DNA from: an uncultured Porticoccaceae bacterium
GTDB lineage: Bacteria; Pseudomonadota; Gammaproteobacteria; Pseudomonadales; GM7GCV1
Length of the DNA stretch: 64,000 nt
Assembly: GCA_964623085.1 (NCBI GenBank)
Contig: CAZUTO010000003.1
Location: 37,863-101,862 of the forward strand
Reading direction: 5' to 3'
This document shows, piece after piece, positions 61,062 to 64,000 of the stretch (position 1 is the first letter of the stretch; every line of letters begins with the position of its first letter). A program made the position numbers and the translations under genes. Under the pieces are notes generated by a model. The model made no database searches. It worked only from the letters and a program-made list of their open reading frames with translations, and was not told where the DNA came from.

Positions 61062-61985
61062 CTAAAGCTGATCCCAAGAAAAACTCAGGCCATCGGCCAA
61101 ACTTTTCTGATTCAAAAGAAGCATCAGCAACCTATCCAAACCAACCGCCACACCTGAACAGTCTGGCAGCCCATTCTCCACCGCTTCCATAAATTTCTGA
61201 TCAAATTTAATCTCTGGCGAGCCCATCGCTTTGCGCTGCGAACGACCAATTTCAAATCGTTTTCGCTGCTCAACAGCATCCGTGAGTTCATCATAGCCAT
61301 TAGCTAGCTCTACCCTATTGAGATAAATCTCAAACCTTCTCGCTACTTGATTGCCGCTTTCGTCTTCCTGAACCTTAGCCAACTCTGCTTGGTACGATGG
61401 GTAATCACTAATAACTACCAATCCAGATGGCAGCTGAGGTTCAACAAGCGTGGCCATCAAAAACTCTAACAATCCTTTATGATCTAAGTCTCCACGCAAG
61501 CCAGATTTAGCAGCCAGCGTATGTAACTCTGCGTAACCAGCACTGTGAGGATCCAAGCCAGTCACTGATTGGAATTGCTCTGCATAGCTTAAACGACTTA
61601 CCTGACATGAAACGCCAAGCACCACCAATAGATCTAGAACCTCGCGAATAAGGTCCTCCAATGAAAACCCTAAACGGTACCATTCCAGCAATGAAAATTC
61701 GGGGTTGTGAAAACGGCCATGCTCTCCGGATCGGAAAGCCTTACAAATTGTATATACGTCTCCAGATCCGTCACAAAGCAGACGCTTTAAAAAAAACTCT
61801 GGCGATGTCTGCAGGTAGACATTTTTATCCATATGACTAACCAACATGGAGTGCATATGTGGGTCTACCGACCCACCGCATCCAAGCACAGGCACATCTA
61901 CCTCAAGCACACCACGCTGATCAAAGAAATCCCTAATTTTTCGATAAAGAGTAGACCGTGCTTCAGCATTGGCGCGATCAAACAT
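61062..61985 (-). CDS. epmA: EF-P lysine-34 (R)-beta-lysine ligase EpmA (PoxA/GenX)
   Basis: Class II aaRS-like: FRSGEHGRFHNPEFSLLEWY and MPDCSGVAVGLDRLLML align with E. coli EpmA. Confidence 0.9.
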   Translation of the reverse strand: MFDRANAEARSTLYRKIRDFFDQRGVLEVDVPVLGCGGSVDPHMHSMLVSHMDKNVYLQTSPEFFLKRLLCDGSGDVYTICKAFRSGEHGRFHNPEFSLLEWYRLGFSLEDLIREVLDLLVVLGVSCQVSRLSYAEQFQSVTGLDPHSAGYAELHTLAAKSGLRGDLDHKGLLEFLMATLVEPQLPSGLVVISDYPSYQAELAKVQEDESGNQVARRFEIYLNRVELANGYDELTDAVEQRKRFEIGRSQRKAMGSPEIKFDQKFMEAVENGLPDCSGVAVGLDRLLMLLLNQKSLADGLSFSWDQL

Positions 61986-62033
61986 CTGTGGTTTGGAGAT
62001 CTAAAACTAACAGTGGCTTGAGACAGGCTAAGA

Positions 62034-62603
62034 CTAGTCTTTTACTCGACCCAAATATTCTGCAGTTCGAGTATCTACTTTGATAACGTCGCCAATCTCA
62101 AGAAATAGTGGAACCTTAACTACCGCACCCGTCGACAAAGTTGCCGGCTTGTTACCTCCCTGAGCCGTATCACCGCGAAGACCAGGGTCAGTTTCTACAA
62201 TATCCAGCTCGACATGATTAGGTGGCACCACAGAGAGAGGTGCACCGTTGTATAACGTAACCACACACATATCTTGCTCCCGCAACCACTGCGCAGCGTC
62301 CGAAACTGCAGCGGCATCGGCTTGTTGTTGGTCAAAGGTTTCGGGATCCATAAAATGCCAATATTCGCCATCGTTATAGAGATATTGCATATCAGTATCG
62401 ACCACATCGGCACCCTCAAGGCTTTCTCCAGACTTGAACGTCCGCTCCCAAGTGCGACCAGTTTTAAGGTTTTTCAATCTAACGCGATTAAAGGCTTGCC
62501 CCTTGCCTGGCTTAACAAATTCATTTTCAACAATGGAGCAAGGGTCTCCATCTAACATTACTTTCAAACCACCACGGAATTCATTGGTAGAATAGTTAGC
62601 CAT
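62034..62603 (-). CDS. efp: Elongation factor P
   Basis: [46 protein letters not shown]. The modified-lysine loop KPGKGQA is present. Confidence 0.97.
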   Translation of the reverse strand: MANYSTNEFRGGLKVMLDGDPCSIVENEFVKPGKGQAFNRVRLKNLKTGRTWERTFKSGESLEGADVVDTDMQYLYNDGEYWHFMDPETFDQQQADAAAVSDAAQWLREQDMCVVTLYNGAPLSVVPPNHVELDIVETDPGLRGDTAQGGNKPATLSTGAVVKVPLFLEIGDVIKVDTRTAEYLGRVKD

Positions 62604-62638
62604 TTTCTATCTCTCGATACTCAAATTTAAAGGCAGCA

Positions 62639-63646
62639 ATGATACCTCAGCGTGACCTATCTTGGCAGACTCAAAGCTGGCAGGAACAATTATCAAATGC
62701 CGTCAACTCTTCCACAGAGCTGCTGGCAAAGCTTAATCTCTCAGCAGAAGAACCAAATCTCTCTGAAAAAGCAGCGAAGCAATTCCCCGTGCTCGCGCCT
62801 CATGCATTTATTGATCGTATAAATCCAGAGGATCCAAATGACCCGTTGCTGCGCCAGATATTAAACGTTCATGAGGAAGACATTGCAGCGCTGGGCTTTA
62901 GCTCAGATCCTCTGGAGGAATCCAGCTCAAATCCAGTGAAAGGCCTTGTGCGCAAGTATAAGAATCGCGCATTGCTTATTGTGACAGGCAAATGCGCCAT
63001 CAATTGTCGATACTGTTTTCGGCGCGAGTTCCCCTATAACGAAAACAATCCTAGTAGAAAAGAATGGGGTGAGGCACTTAGCTACATATCGAACCACGAT
63101 GAAATTGAAGAGGTGATATTAAGCGGCGGGGATCCGCTCTCGGTTAGTGATAAGCATCTCCATTGGCTGATCGAAGCCGTCTCGGCAATATCATCAATTA
63201 AACGATTACGCATTCATACACGCATGCCTATCGTGATTCCGGACCGCATAACCGATGACCTACTTAGCATTCTGGAAGAGTGCAAACTCACGACCATAGT
63301 AGTCTTGCACGTCAATCACAGTAATGAGATAGACGAGCAAGTGAAAAACTGCATGATACGACTCAAAGCCAAAACAGATTTTCTGCTAAATCAAAGCGTG
63401 CTGCTTAAAGGAGTAAACGATTCACTCGACGCACAACTTGCCTTGCACAACACCTGTGTCGATGCCGGCATCCAACCATACTATTTACACTTTCTCGACC
63501 GCGTAAATGGCACATCACACTTCGAAGTACCTAAAGAAAAAGCACTTGCGCTCTATACGCAAATGCAACACGCAATGTCCGGTTATATGCTGCCAAAACT
63601 GGTCATAGAGCTGCCTAATGCACAAAGCAAGCAAATTCTTAAGTAA
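62639..63646 (+). CDS. epmB: EF-P beta-lysylation radical-SAM lysine 2,3-aminomutase EpmB (YjeK)
   Basis: Radical SAM motif CAINCRYCFRR. It is divergent from efp, as in E. coli. Confidence 0.92.
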   Translation: MIPQRDLSWQTQSWQEQLSNAVNSSTELLAKLNLSAEEPNLSEKAAKQFPVLAPHAFIDRINPEDPNDPLLRQILNVHEEDIAALGFSSDPLEESSSNPVKGLVRKYKNRALLIVTGKCAINCRYCFRREFPYNENNPSRKEWGEALSYISNHDEIEEVILSGGDPLSVSDKHLHWLIEAVSAISSIKRLRIHTRMPIVIPDRITDDLLSILEECKLTTIVVLHVNHSNEIDEQVKNCMIRLKAKTDFLLNQSVLLKGVNDSLDAQLALHNTCVDAGIQPYYLHFLDRVNGTSHFEVPKEKALALYTQMQHAMSGYMLPKLVIELPNAQSKQILK

Positions 63647-63758
63647 TCGCGCGTGATCCAGCGCAAATTTTTCAAATCAAACTAACACTAAACTAAAATG
63701 AGTCTTTATACTCTGTTCAAGTAAATTTCTTTCCTTTTAACGTTTTTTTTCGGTATAC

Positions 63759-64000
63759 ATGGCTGAACTGCAGGACATATCTATTCTCATTATCGATGAC
63801 TCCTTTGAGGAAATCAGTCGTATTTCGAGCGTGCTCGATAATAGCGGTTTTCGCGTGCGCTCTCACAAAGCCGAAACCGAAGAAGAACTCGCAGATCAGC
63901 TCAATAGCGAGAACCTCGATATCATTCTGATCAAACAGAATAGTGAACCTCTATCACCAAAAGTGTTGTTTCAAACGCTAAACCGACTTGAAAAAGATGT
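63759..64000 (+). CDS. N-terminal fragment of a receiver-like (REC) domain protein; continues beyond the window
   Basis: ATG at 63759. ISILIIDDSFEE...LDIILIKQNSEPLSP resembles a CheY-like receiver, but Lys sits where the phospho-acceptor Asp is expected. The ORF is open to the window end. Confidence 0.4.
   Translation, partial: MAELQDISILIIDDSFEEISRISSVLDNSGFRVRSHKAETEEELADQLNSENLDIILIKQNSEPLSPKVLFQTLNRLEKD

Overview
This window is a compact, almost entirely conserved chromosomal core segment of a Gammaproteobacterium, probably marine, with gene order like Pseudomonas and E. coli. I found no rRNA, tRNA, CRISPR array, IS element, integrase or prophage, and no convincing undescribed multi-gene system.

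Gene content, left to right:
- The 3' end of a BON-domain gene (dolP/yraP-like).
- sspB and sspA, then the cytochrome bc1 operon: petA plus a single fused cytochrome b/c1 ORF.
- rpsI-rplM, zapE, an alpha/beta hydrolase, and a DegS/AlgW-type protease.
- hisD-hisG, murA, ibaG, and a lone mlaC.
- yrbG, then kdsD-kdsC-lptC-lptA-lptB-rpoN-hpf-ptsN-rapZ-npr.
- A complete 14-gene type II secretion locus on the minus strand, in the order gspE F G H I J K L M N C D A B.
- A phasin with a Lys/Ala-rich tail, mgtE, and yjgA.
- yhdP-rng-maf-mreD-mreC-mreB, then gatCAB plus a small unknown ORF.
- A photolyase, a MoxR/DUF58/transglutaminase (TgpA-like) operon with an upstream membrane protein, cysZ, a JmjC ribosomal oxygenase, trhO, an AI-2E transporter, and comF.
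- A contiguous epmA-efp-epmB module, and the start of a receiver-like protein.

The points worth a second look are local deviations from the canonical layout:
1. Cytochrome b and c1 are fused into one ORF with an internal signal-peptide-like segment.
2. The T2SS gene order is non-canonical, with gspC-D moved behind gspN and gspA-B directly attached.
3. GspJ carries a 56-aa acidic, Gly/Asn/Gln-rich tail.
4. The phasin has a histone-H1-like tail, and its promoter is bracketed by a repeated TGTGCA-type motif.
5. mlaC sits where the full mlaFEDCB operon normally lies.
6. The first TM helix of yrbG lies upstream of any canonical start codon, so an ATT start is likely.
7. mgtE and yjgA overlap by 8 nt.
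8. The gatC terminus carries three GATC-containing repeats with a 14-bp period.
9. Nested palindromes cover the photolyase start codon.

All functional calls rest on my recognition of protein motifs and on synteny. No database search was run.
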